A DNA stretch of 30,240 nt from Bacteroidota bacterium (GTDB taxonomy: Bacteria; Bacillota; Limnochordia; Limnochordales; DUMU01). Of this stretch, positions 7,694 through 16,527 are shown one piece after another. Numbering within the stretch: the first letter of the stretch is position 1; each line of letters opens with the position of its first letter. Location: positions 1 to 30,240 of the forward strand of contig JBLNBY010000122.1 in NCBI GenBank assembly GCA_050260295.1. The letters run 5' to 3'. Position numbers and translations under genes: made by a program. The notes below the pieces were generated by a model. The model searched no databases, was not told the origin of the DNA, and was given only the letters and a program-made list of their open reading frames with translations.

Positions 7694-8695
7694 TCAGAAT
7701 GCCCCCCCGGTCTCCTCGTCCCGCAGCTCGCCTTCGTAACCTGCCTCTGAACCGGCCGGAATGGCCCGGGGGTATGCCGGAATCAGGACCGCATCGGGGA
7801 AGATTCCCAGCACCCCCCGGGCGTCCACACTCAACCCGAGCACCAATGCCGCCTGGCCTCCGCTTTTGTCCACCCCGTCCACGACCAGCGCCTGTTGCCG
7901 TGCATACGTCTGAATGAGGCTCTCTGAAACCTCAGTGCCGTCCCGGAAAACTCCGAGGGCTATCCGCTCGATGCCCTGCTGGCGTGCTTGTCGCAGCAAC
8001 TCACGGTGGAAGTTCAAGAATGCTTTCTCATTCGCAGCCTGCTCTGCAACAGCATCCACACCCTGCCGGGCCGGGCTCTGGGGCCGGTCGCCGGCCTTTA
8101 CCAGGACCAGCACGATCAACGAGCCGCCTGTATCTTCGTCAACGGCCGTAGACGTCAACGGCTCTTCCGATGACTGCGGACTCGCCTGTGGTTGCTCGGG
8201 AGTCTGATTGGGAAACGCCGGCGGTTTCGCCGATCTCTCCCGCTCCCTAGAAACAGCGGCGGAGATACCGGCCAGGAGTTGGGTCACATCAGAAGTACTC
8301 CCCGCCAGAGGATCCAGGCGGTACTCGTAGACTATCTGGCTTCCCGACAGCTGTAAAAGCCGCCGCAGGGAACGAGCAGCTCCGACTGCTCCGGGCGATG
8401 CGTAGAAAATGGCAACCTGCCCCCCCTGCAGGCGGTCGGCCACTGCCCACTCCAGCAAAGTCTGGTTGACGTTTTCCGCTGCCTGGCGGGCGGCGGTCTC
8501 TGCATGCAGCCGCAAGGATAACTCATCCTGTACCGACCGGACCCGGACCACCTCTGACTCGAGGTTGGTCAACACCGCCTGTTGGCGAAGCCGGATCTCG
8601 TCGCTGCCGGAAATGGCGGCTCCCATCAGCAGGCCAAGGCCCAGGGATACGAAGACCGCCACCAGGGTCAATACCGGCAGACGGCTGCTACGCAT
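7694..8695 (-). CDS. steB: SteB / MctB-like ('copper transporter', DUF3186-type) membrane-anchored coiled-coil protein
   Basis: N-terminal TM (LVAVFVSLGLGLLMG) followed by a coiled-coil segment, then 'VADRLQGGQV' and a C-terminal 'VDGVD...GQAALVLGL' motif. It lies directly downstream of steA. Confidence 0.7.
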   Translation of the reverse strand: MRSSRLPVLTLVAVFVSLGLGLLMGAAISGSDEIRLRQQAVLTNLESEVVRVRSVQDELSLRLHAETAARQAAENVNQTLLEWAVADRLQGGQVAIFYASPGAVGAARSLRRLLQLSGSQIVYEYRLDPLAGSTSDVTQLLAGISAAVSRERERSAKPPAFPNQTPEQPQASPQSSEEPLTSTAVDEDTGGSLIVLVLVKAGDRPQSPARQGVDAVAEQAANEKAFLNFHRELLRQARQQGIERIALGVFRDGTEVSESLIQTYARQQALVVDGVDKSGGQAALVLGLSVDARGVLGIFPDAVLIPAYPRAIPAGSEAGYEGELRDEETGGAF

Positions 8696-8780
8696 CGCCT
8701 CTCTATCCCCCCTTCACGTATCCCGCCCCCGCCTCACCTGCTGTCACGTACTTAGTTTTCCCGGCTTGCCCTGGAGGTCT

Positions 8781-9929
8781 TCATACTCCCAGTCGCCAGA
8801 TGAACCAGATGCGAACGAGCCGAGCCAAACTGGTCCAGAAGGGCGACAGGGCGAAAAGTACCAGAGCAGGGAAGAGGGCTGCTCCGGCCACCAGAGCGAT
8901 GTCCCGGCGACGTTCCCGCCGGCGGGCGTAGATTTCGCTGATGCCACGGGCATCTACCAGGCGTGGACCGACTTTGAGACGCACCAGGAAAGTACTGGCC
9001 ATACCCGGCCTTCCTTTTTCCAGAAAGTCGACCAGGTTGCTGTGCCCTCCCACCAGGACAATCAGGGAAGCTCCTTCCTGGGCGGCCAACAACATGGCCA
9101 GGTCTTCGCTGGTCCCGGTCAAAGGCGCGACTTTGGCCCTCGCGGCCAACCCCAGTTGCTCCAGGCGGGCCATCCCTGGGGCTTTACCGTTTGGGTAGGC
9201 GTGGACTACCAGGTGCTGACAGTCTCGCAGCGCCTCATCACTGACCGAATCCATGTCACCGACGACCAGATCGGGCCGGTGACCAATCTCCCGCAGCGCA
9301 TCGGCACCACCATCGACGGCGATCACAACTGGCCGGGCGTCTTCGAGATAGGGAGCGATCGCCTCGAGATCCTGCCTGAACCCTGGGCCGCGTACCACCA
9401 CCACCACCTGTTTACCCTTCAGGTCGAGCGGTACTTCCGGAAGCGACACTGGCCCCAACAGGCTCTCTTTCTCCCGCTGGGCATAATCCAGGGTGTTTTC
9501 CACGAAACGGGTCAAGGCTTGGTCCAAGTATTGCTCGGCTCTCCGGCGACGCCTCTCCGCCTCCTGCAGGTCAAAGAAGACTCCCCGGGCGATGAGCTTG
9601 CCGGTACAAACGATGTGCCCCAGATGATCCACGGCTAACTCGTTTCCATCCTCGACGCGGTCGAATATGCCCGGGTCGACCTCTTCCAGCAATGTGATAC
9701 CAGCCGCCAAAAGCAAGTCGGGACCGTGATGGGGAAACCGGCCGCTGATGAAGGGACGGGTGTTGACCACCGCCCCAACCCCAGCCTTGAGCAGCGCTTC
9801 CGCCGCTACTTCATCGAGATCGGCATGATCGATCACCGCGATGTCGCCAGGCTCGAGACGCCGCACCAATTCCTTGGTCCGCCTCCCAAGTCGCGCCCGG
9901 CCGCGAATGATGATTCCTTCCTCCGCCAT
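8781..9929 (-). CDS. steA: SteA putative cytokinetic ring protein (thiamine pyrophosphokinase-like domain)
   Basis: RRTKELVRRLEPGDIAVIDHADLD, VVN...ISGRFP..GP, VIAVDGGADAL....PDLVVGDMDSVSD, VVHAYPNGKAPG, GTSEDLAMLLA, VGGH...DFLEKGR.GMASTFLVRLKVG..LVDARG; C-terminal TM. Confidence 0.88.
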   Translation of the reverse strand: MAEEGIIIRGRARLGRRTKELVRRLEPGDIAVIDHADLDEVAAEALLKAGVGAVVNTRPFISGRFPHHGPDLLLAAGITLLEEVDPGIFDRVEDGNELAVDHLGHIVCTGKLIARGVFFDLQEAERRRRRAEQYLDQALTRFVENTLDYAQREKESLLGPVSLPEVPLDLKGKQVVVVVRGPGFRQDLEAIAPYLEDARPVVIAVDGGADALREIGHRPDLVVGDMDSVSDEALRDCQHLVVHAYPNGKAPGMARLEQLGLAARAKVAPLTGTSEDLAMLLAAQEGASLIVLVGGHSNLVDFLEKGRPGMASTFLVRLKVGPRLVDARGISEIYARRRERRRDIALVAGAALFPALVLFALSPFWTSLARLVRIWFIWRLGV

Positions 9930-10068
9930 AGACCCATGCCCCTACTTGCCGGAAACCAGCAGGGCTACAGGCTGAGTTGCCCTGGTTGCCTCGGTTGTCT
10001 CAGTCTGCCACCCTGCCTGTTTCCGCGCGGCCTTTTTCATGATTAACATGAGCAGAGGAGCCGGTTTT

Positions 10069-10848
10069 CTAACGGGATTCGACTCGGATCTTGTCCGCCA
10101 GACGGGCGATGAAGAGGGAGTTGGAGGGCTTGCCCCGCTCCCGGTCGACGCTATAGGAGAAGAGTGCCTGCAAGAACTCGAGGTTGCCCCGGGTGCAGGC
10201 TGTCTCGATGGCATGGCGGATCGACCGTTCTACCCGGTCGGGACTGGTCGCGTGGCGCTCGGCGACGATGCGGTAGAGCCGCTTGGTGATGGGGGAAAGA
10301 AGCTCCGGTGAAACCACCGTCAACCGGATGGCATCTTTTAGGTATTGATATCCCTTGTAATGGGCGGGAATACCAAGGCGGGTCAGATGATCCATGGCCG
10401 CCTCTTCAACCTGGCGGACACCACGGACCATCTGATCCCCAACCCCAACCGGCCACTCCCCTCTGGCTACCTCCCGGAGGCGGTCGAGCAGGAGTGGAAA
10501 CTGTAGCGGTTTGGCGGCAAAGTACGCCACACGGTAGCCATTGATGCACCGGGCGATCGCGGATTCGTCGTAGAGAGCCGTGTGAACTACGAGCTTGATA
10601 CGCTCGAGAAGGGTACGCTCCTTCAATTCCTCGAGAACGGCAAAGCCGTCATACTCCGGTAGTACGAGATCCAGCAGCAGAATGTCCGGCTGCTGCCTTT
10701 CACATGCCCGCACGACAGCAGGTCCATTTTCCACGACTCCCAACAGGATGAAAGGGTTGTAGGTTTTGCTGAGTGCTTCCTTCAATTCTCCGGTGAAGTT
10801 GCGGTCTGCATCCGCAACGAGAAGCCCGATCGGCTTGCCGATTGCCAT
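10069..10848 (-). CDS. spo0A: Sporulation master regulator Spo0A (divergent receiver)
   Basis: Receiver domain (LLLDLVLP, TA, KP) plus Spo0A C-terminal domain (GIPAHYKGYQYL, ITKRLY, RVERSIRHAIE, RGN, KPSNS.FIA..ADK); syntenic recN-spoIVB-spo0A. Confidence 0.92.
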   Translation of the reverse strand: MAIGKPIGLLVADADRNFTGELKEALSKTYNPFILLGVVENGPAVVRACERQQPDILLLDLVLPEYDGFAVLEELKERTLLERIKLVVHTALYDESAIARCINGYRVAYFAAKPLQFPLLLDRLREVARGEWPVGVGDQMVRGVRQVEEAAMDHLTRLGIPAHYKGYQYLKDAIRLTVVSPELLSPITKRLYRIVAERHATSPDRVERSIRHAIETACTRGNLEFLQALFSYSVDRERGKPSNSLFIARLADKIRVESR

Positions 10849-10872
10849 GGGCCGATGCTCGCCTCCTCATGT

Positions 10873-10894
10873 TTCCGTGCGGATTCCGTGCGGA
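10873..10894. repeat. Tandem 11-bp repeat TTCCGTGCGGA x2 just upstream of the spo0A RBS
   Basis: Seen directly: 10873-10883 and 10884-10894; each copy contains the palindrome TCCG-N2-CGGA. Confidence 0.8.
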
Positions 10895-10903
10895 TGAGGA
10901 CGG

Positions 10904-12343
10904 CTATGCCGCAGCATGTCCTTCGACGGCAGTCCCCGACTTCCTTCCTGGCGCCGACCAACCCGCTGCGGGCCCCAAGGAGGGCCGCGAGCCCTCGAGC
11001 AGGGTTTCCGGCGTGTTGGATCGTCTCGAATCCGGCCTCCAGAGACCGGCTTCGGCCATCATCCACTCGGCAAGGATCCCATAGCCCCGGGTCTGGTCAT
11101 TGACGAAAACGTGAGTCACAACACCGACCAGCTTTAGCTGGCCATCCTCCTGCTGCAGGATGGGGCTGCCAGACATTCCCTGGACGATTCCTCCGGTTTC
11201 CTGCAGCAGTCGCGGATCGGTTACCTTGATGATCAACCCCTTGTCATCCGCGCGGGACTGGCGCGTCACCTTCTCGATTCGAACCTGGAAGGCCTCGATC
11301 TCCCGCCCGTGCAATACTGTCAGCATGTATGCCGGACCCCGCTCGACCTCGTGGGCCAATGCCACCGGTACCTTGTGCGGAAACCCTTCCAACGAGGACG
11401 AGCCGGTGACCTTGCGGGTGGCCACCGTTGCGCTGGCTGACGGATACAGGTGGCCAAAAATCCCGAAGGCGGTGTTCTTTTCTATGCTGCCCAGCAGGTT
11501 TTGCCGGCTGTCGAAGATACCGATCTTCTCACCCGGCAGCCCCCGCCAGCCCGGTTGAATGCCTGTGATGTAGGCACTGACGATCCGGCCCGACACCATG
11601 GGTAGCGGATTTCCATTGCTGCTCACGACCATATGGCCCAGCGCGCCAAAGACTCCGGTCTCCGGGTCGACGAAGGAGAGCGTTCCAACCCCAGCCACCG
11701 GTTCCTGCAGAAGCAGCCCGAGCAGGTATGTCATCCGTTCTGAACCGTCTGGTCTCGGAGTCCGTACGGCGACCGGACGGATGCTAGTGTGGATCAGTTG
11801 GCCGCGGCGGAGCAGGGTGACGTCAAGATCCTCTCCCCGGGCGGCGTAGGTGTCCACCAGCAATGAAACGTCGGCCGGCGCTTCCACCTTGTGTGACTCC
11901 ACCTCGATCAGCACGTCCCCCACCTCGATTCCGGCGTCCCTGGCCGGGTAGTATTCCTTCCCGTCAGCGCCGGTCAAGGGCTGGTGCCGGGAGACGATCA
12001 GGCCCTGCGGAGCAAGCAGCACACCAATGGCATCTCCCCCCGGGATGACTTCGGTAGGAGTTACCACCTGAAGTTCCACGGTACGAAGAGTCCAACGCCC
12101 GACGCGGATGTCCAGACGATACGTGGCGGGCAAGCTCGTATCCAGCCCTGACGTCGTATTCAACCCTGACGCGGGCGTAGTGGCCACGGACAAAGGAAAA
12201 GCGGAAGCAAAGGGCAGCGGTTGATCGGGAAACAGGCGCAGGGACGCGGGATAGCGCCAGACCGACCACCCGAGAACGGAACCAATAAATCCGGTCAGAA
12301 CCAGGAAAGCTAGAAGAAGACGCTGCAGTCTGCCCCCTGGCAT
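10904..12343 (-). CDS. spoIVB: SpoIVB peptidase (S55) with PDZ domain
   Basis: VIPGGDAIGV, PDZ (AGIEVGDVLIEV), GVGTLSFVDP....FGALGH, TGGIVQGMSGSPILQ, VGVVTHVFVND..RGYG. Start trimmed to ATG 12343 (GAGGAGG RBS). Confidence 0.95.
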   Translation of the reverse strand: MPGGRLQRLLLAFLVLTGFIGSVLGWSVWRYPASLRLFPDQPLPFASAFPLSVATTPASGLNTTSGLDTSLPATYRLDIRVGRWTLRTVELQVVTPTEVIPGGDAIGVLLAPQGLIVSRHQPLTGADGKEYYPARDAGIEVGDVLIEVESHKVEAPADVSLLVDTYAARGEDLDVTLLRRGQLIHTSIRPVAVRTPRPDGSERMTYLLGLLLQEPVAGVGTLSFVDPETGVFGALGHMVVSSNGNPLPMVSGRIVSAYITGIQPGWRGLPGEKIGIFDSRQNLLGSIEKNTAFGIFGHLYPSASATVATRKVTGSSSLEGFPHKVPVALAHEVERGPAYMLTVLHGREIEAFQVRIEKVTRQSRADDKGLIIKVTDPRLLQETGGIVQGMSGSPILQQEDGQLKLVGVVTHVFVNDQTRGYGILAEWMMAEAGLWRPDSRRSNTPETLLEGSRPSLGPAAGWSAPGRKSGTAVEGHAAA

Positions 12344-12388
12344 GCCTGCCCTCCTCTCACTGCCTGACAGGCAGCGTGATTCGAGCAG

Positions 12389-12418
12389 TAGCATGTCCGG
12401 CGCCCTGCAGGATTATGG
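12389..12418 (-). promoter_or_regulatory. Candidate sigma-G-like promoter for spoIVB
   Basis: CCATA - 18 nt - CATGCTA on the minus strand (consensus GHATA-N17/18-CATnnTA, one mismatch in -35). spoIVB is forespore-sigma controlled in B. subtilis. Confidence 0.4.
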
Positions 12419-12477
12419 GCAGGGTTTACCAGCTATTTTTGGCCTCAGCGGGGAGATTCCTCGCTTCTACTGCCGCT

Positions 12478-14250
12478 CTACTGTTCGACCGTATTCGCCT
12501 CCTGGCGGTCCAGCAACCGGCGGGCATACTCCCGGACCACCGGGGAGTCGGCGTCGCCGCCCAGCATGCGGACGATCTCCCGCAACCGCTCGTCCCCCTG
12601 CACCCAGCGCAGACGGACCTGCGTCCGGCCACCCGTAACAGCCTTCTCCACCACCCACTGGGCGTGGGCCTGTGCTGCCACGACCGGAGCGTGGGTAATG
12701 CAGAGCACCTGGTGACGGCAGGCCAGTTCAACCAGAACCTCTGCCAGACGCAACACCGTCCGTCCGCCCACCCCGGCTTCCACCTCATCGAAGACCAGCA
12801 CCGGTGTAGCATCGGCGGCAGCGAGAATGACCTTCAAAGCCAGGTTGACCCGGGACAGCTCACCGCCGGAGGCGACTTTGGCCAGCGGCTCCGGGGAGAC
12901 GCCCGGGTTGGCGGAGAAGAGGAACTCGACGCCTTCAGCCCCGTACGGACCGACCGGCACCCCCACGCCTGGTTCGGGCGACCGCTCGAGAGGCGTAAGG
13001 GCCACTTGGAAACGGGCCTGCTCCAGAGCCACTTTAGCCAGCTCGGCCGGCAGCTCCTCGGCCAGGCGGTCGGCCGCCCGCTGCCGCAGGGCCGAAAGCC
13101 GTGTCGCCTCTCGCACCAGGGCTTCCCGCAACACGGCAACATGCCGGACGAGTTCCTCGACCCGGGCAGTGTTTCCCTCAAGCTCGGCAATCTTCGCCCC
13201 GATCTCCCGGCGGTACGCGAGGATGGCCGCCACACCGCCACCATATTTGCGGCCCAGTCGCCGGATCAGATCGAGCCGGGTGGCCACCGCTTCCAGCCGC
13301 TCGGGATCGATATCGAGCCCTTCTTTGTAACGGCGCAGCGCCTGGGCTGCCTCGCTCAGCTCCTCCTCCACGGACTGCAAGAGCTGGAGAACCGGCAAAA
13401 CCTCACCGTCCAGCTTGGCCGCCGCCTCGAGCTGGGAGACCGCCTGCCCCACCAGGTCGAGCGCCGCAGCCGTTTCCCCTTTCTCACCCTCGTACATCAA
13501 CCGGTAGGCGAAAGTGGCCGCTTCCAAGAGCTGTCCGGCATGCCGCAGCCGCTTTTCCTCCCGAAGAAGCTCCTCTTCTTCGCCCTCCTGCAAGCCGGCT
13601 GCATCAATCTCTCCCAGTTCGTAACGGAGACGATCCAGTTCCCGTTCTCGGGCTGCCTCGACCGCTTGCAAGCGGTCGAGCTCCCCTGCAGCTTGCGACA
13701 ACTTCTGGTATAGTTTGTTGACAACCTTGACCTGTTCCAGCAACTCCTCGCCGCCAAATCGGTCGAGCAACACCCGCTGGGCCTCCCGCTGCAGCAGCGA
13801 CTGGTGCTCGTGCTGACCCAGCCAGTCAACCAGGGTCGCACCGATCTGGCCGAGCACCCGCAACGGCACCAGCCGCCCATTCACCCGGCACCGGCTGCGA
13901 CCCGACACCAGGATTTCCCGGGCGAGAACTAGCGTATCGGGCTCGTCGGCATCCAAGAGGCCGAGCTCGCCGAGCAGTTGACGGCAGGCAACGACTCCGG
14001 TGGGTGGGGCACTCGCCTCACTTGCCGCCCCCAGCCCACCCAGGTCGAACACCGCTTCGACCAAAAGCGAGGAAGCACCCTCCCGGATCTGCCCGGCATC
14101 TCCTCGGCCGCCCAAAGCCAGTAGTAACGCGTCGATGATGATAGATTTGCCCGCCCCGGTCTCACCGGTCAGTACCGTCAGTCCAGGCCCAAAAGTAAGA
14201 AAAACCTCTTCGATGAGAGCAAAATCGCGGATGTGGAGGTCGGTCAGCAC
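12478..14250 (-). CDS. recN: DNA repair protein RecN
   Basis: LHIRDFALIE, Walker A LTGETGAGKSIIIDAL, GQHEHQSLL, signature ASGGELSR, VFDEVEAGVGG, ITHAP. Start trimmed to GTG 14250. Confidence 0.97.
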   Translation of the reverse strand: MLTDLHIRDFALIEEVFLTFGPGLTVLTGETGAGKSIIIDALLLALGGRGDAGQIREGASSLLVEAVFDLGGLGAASEASAPPTGVVACRQLLGELGLLDADEPDTLVLAREILVSGRSRCRVNGRLVPLRVLGQIGATLVDWLGQHEHQSLLQREAQRVLLDRFGGEELLEQVKVVNKLYQKLSQAAGELDRLQAVEAARERELDRLRYELGEIDAAGLQEGEEEELLREEKRLRHAGQLLEAATFAYRLMYEGEKGETAAALDLVGQAVSQLEAAAKLDGEVLPVLQLLQSVEEELSEAAQALRRYKEGLDIDPERLEAVATRLDLIRRLGRKYGGGVAAILAYRREIGAKIAELEGNTARVEELVRHVAVLREALVREATRLSALRQRAADRLAEELPAELAKVALEQARFQVALTPLERSPEPGVGVPVGPYGAEGVEFLFSANPGVSPEPLAKVASGGELSRVNLALKVILAAADATPVLVFDEVEAGVGGRTVLRLAEVLVELACRHQVLCITHAPVVAAQAHAQWVVEKAVTGGRTQVRLRWVQGDERLREIVRMLGGDADSPVVREYARRLLDRQEANTVEQ

Positions 14251-14291
14251 CGGTTTCACCACCTGCACCCGGCAGAGTCGGGGGTCAGCGC

Positions 14292-14777
14292 CTAGGCCTC
14301 AGGCTCACGTAGTTCCTGCAGCCGCCGGTACACAGTCCGCAGCGGCTCCCACTCAGGCAACTCTCCCTCCGGCCGTCGAAGTATCACCAGCAACGTGTCG
14401 TCCCCCGCCAGAGTGGCCATCACTTCGTCCCACTGCAGGTCGTCCAGCACCTGACCGACAGTGGAGGCAGTACCGGAGAGGCAACGCAAGACCACCAGAT
14501 CTCCCGTCCAGTCCATCTGCAGGACATAGTCCTGAAATGCCCGGCGAGCCCGCTGAACCAGATCGCCGGAGCTGCTGTTGGGAGCAATTGCGTAATAGGA
14601 GTGGCCATCGCCTGCCTTCACCTTGATCAGACGCAATTCCTTGATGTCGCGTGAGACCGTAGCCTGGGTTGCCGGAATCCCTTCTTGCTCCAACAGGTCG
14701 ACCAATTCCTCCTGGGTCTCGATACGATTGGTGCGAATAAGCCGCAAAATGGCTGCCTGCCGCCTTTCCTTGACCAT
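14292..14777 (-). CDS. argR: Arginine repressor
   Basis: RQAAILRLI...IETQEELV..L...G..ATQATVSRDIKEL, AGDDT motif. Start trimmed to ATG 14777 (AAGGAGG RBS). Confidence 0.96.
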   Translation of the reverse strand: MVKERRQAAILRLIRTNRIETQEELVDLLEQEGIPATQATVSRDIKELRLIKVKAGDGHSYYAIAPNSSSGDLVQRARRAFQDYVLQMDWTGDLVVLRCLSGTASTVGQVLDDLQWDEVMATLAGDDTLLVILRRPEGELPEWEPLRTVYRRLQELREPEA

Positions 14778-14805
14778 CGTTCCTGCCGCCTCCTTCCGCG
14801 ACCTG

Positions 14806-15696
14806 CTACCATTCGCCGGGCTGACGGCGCAACCTGCTTTGCAGCAAAGCATAAAAGCTACGGGCGTGCAGGCGCACGAGCCGGGTGCGGTAAGGGGCTA
14901 CCTCCACCAGCAGCCGATCCGTCTTGATCAGCGGGACTCCCTCCTGGCCGTCCACAGTCAACAGCGTCCCTTCTTCCCGCCCGACCAGTTCCACGACGAT
15001 CCCTTCCTGGGGCGGTACCACTATCGAACGGGCAGCAAGCGTATGGGGGCAGATGGGCGTGATGACCACTGCCTCAACTTCCGGGCTGACAATCGGCCCC
15101 CCCGCGGAGAGCGAGTAGGCTGTTGAACCGGTCGGCGTTGCCACGATCATCCCGTCAGCCATGTACTCGACTACGAACTCACCGCCGACGAACGTCCGCA
15201 GGCGAATCATGCGGGCGAAGGTGGTCCGGGTGATGACGACGTCATTGAGGGCCAGGTGCTCGGCCACGATCTCCCCCTGGCGCTCGACACGCGACCGCAG
15301 CATCAGCCGGCTGTCCAGTCGGAAGTCTCCGGCGAGGAGTCTGTCCACGGCCTGCTCGACATCCCCACCTTCCAGCTCGGTGAGAAACCCCAGGTGGCCA
15401 ACGTTCACCCCGAGCAGCGGCACTTCCTCCCTGGCAACGGCCCGGGCTGCCGAAAGCAGGGCACCGTCTCCGCCCAGCACCACCAGCAACTCGATCTGCC
15501 CACCGATCTCCTCCGGCCCGCAGACCCCCTGCACGGTTACATCGGTAAGCCGTTCCCGTCCCTCTTCGGTAAGCCAGACGGAAACTCCTTTCGCCTGCAG
15601 CAGCGAAACCAGCTCGCGGGCGAGCCTGAGCGCCTCCGCCTTTTGGGGATGAGGCCAAAGCCCCACCCGCGTGATGGGCCTATTCTCCACTCTCAC
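14806..15696 (-). CDS. ppnK: NAD kinase
   Basis: GGDGALL, GVNVGHLGFLTE, LNDVVI, DGMIVATPTGSTAYSLSAGGPI, PICPH, DGQ motifs. Start is 15696 or 15690. Confidence 0.97.
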   Translation of the reverse strand: MRVENRPITRVGLWPHPQKAEALRLARELVSLLQAKGVSVWLTEEGRERLTDVTVQGVCGPEEIGGQIELLVVLGGDGALLSAARAVAREEVPLLGVNVGHLGFLTELEGGDVEQAVDRLLAGDFRLDSRLMLRSRVERQGEIVAEHLALNDVVITRTTFARMIRLRTFVGGEFVVEYMADGMIVATPTGSTAYSLSAGGPIVSPEVEAVVITPICPHTLAARSIVVPPQEGIVVELVGREEGTLLTVDGQEGVPLIKTDRLLVEVAPYRTRLVRLHARSFYALLQSRLRRQPGEW

Positions 15697-16519
15697 CCAC
15701 CACCTGCACCACCTGGTCAGACAGTTGTCGCCACTGCTCCGGAGTCAAACCTCTCCCGGAAGATTCAGGGGAAGGCGCTATGGCTTCGAGCCAGGCAAGA
15801 AACTCCCGGTTCCCTTCCGGCCCCAGGATTGGCGAAGCGATCAAACCAAGGAGCGCAAAACCGGATTCCCGGGCGAAGTCGCCCACATTGTAGAGAACCT
15901 CCCGGTGCACCCGCGGATCCCTTACGACACCCTTCTTCCCCACTTGCGCCCGTCCTGCCTCGAATTGGGGTTTTATCAGTGGAATGACGGGACTTCCCGG
16001 CAATACCAGCTTGTGAACTGCCGGCAGTACCAGTCGTAGGGAGATGAAGCTGACATCGATGGTGGCCAGCGCGGGGCTTTCTCCTGTAATCGCCTCAGGT
16101 TCCAGATAACGGATATTGGTACGCTCCAGCACGTGCACGCGCGGATCCTGCCGCAGCTTCCAGGCGAGCTGCCCCCAGCCAACGTCGACGGCGTAAACGA
16201 GGCGAGCTCCGTGCTGCAACAGGCAGTCGGTAAAACCTCCGGTGGAAGCACCTACGTCGAGCGCCACCACCCCGGCGACGGGCACCGGAAAGGCCTCGAG
16301 GGCGGCTTGGAGCTTGAGCCCGCCGCGGCTGACGTATGGGTTTTTCGGCCCCACCACCTCCAGGCGGCTCTCCGGGTCCACTTTCGTCCCCGGCTTGTCC
16401 ACTACCTGCCCATCTACCAGGACCTGCCCGGCCAGAATCAGACCCCGGGCCGCCTCCCGGCTGGCCAGCAGCCCGGCCTCGAGCAAAGCCACATCCAGGC
16501 GTTTTCTCTCCGTCCCCAT
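15680..16519 (-). CDS. tlyA: TlyA family rRNA 2'-O-methyltransferase
   Basis: S4-like N-terminus (KRLDVALL..GL..SRE.A...I.AG.V), YVSRGGLKL, DVGASTGGFTD, AVDVG..QL, DVSFISL, LIKPQFEAG, GNREF. ATG 16519 with GAGG RBS. Confidence 0.96.
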   Translation of the reverse strand: MGTERKRLDVALLEAGLLASREAARGLILAGQVLVDGQVVDKPGTKVDPESRLEVVGPKNPYVSRGGLKLQAALEAFPVPVAGVVALDVGASTGGFTDCLLQHGARLVYAVDVGWGQLAWKLRQDPRVHVLERTNIRYLEPEAITGESPALATIDVSFISLRLVLPAVHKLVLPGSPVIPLIKPQFEAGRAQVGKKGVVRDPRVHREVLYNVGDFARESGFALLGLIASPILGPEGNREFLAWLEAIAPSPESSGRGLTPEQWRQLSDQVVQVVGESGE

Positions 16520-16527
16520 TGCCAACC

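Noticed and set aside
10849-10930. Sigma-H promoter for spo0A
   Set aside because: AGGA and GAAT are both present but their spacing is far longer than the sigma-H consensus.
12360-12374. Perfect inverted repeat CTGCCTG-A-CAGGCAG before the spoIVB RBS
   Set aside because: It is short and GC-rich, the 1-nt loop cannot form an RNA hairpin, and I cannot assign a regulator, so it is not supportable.
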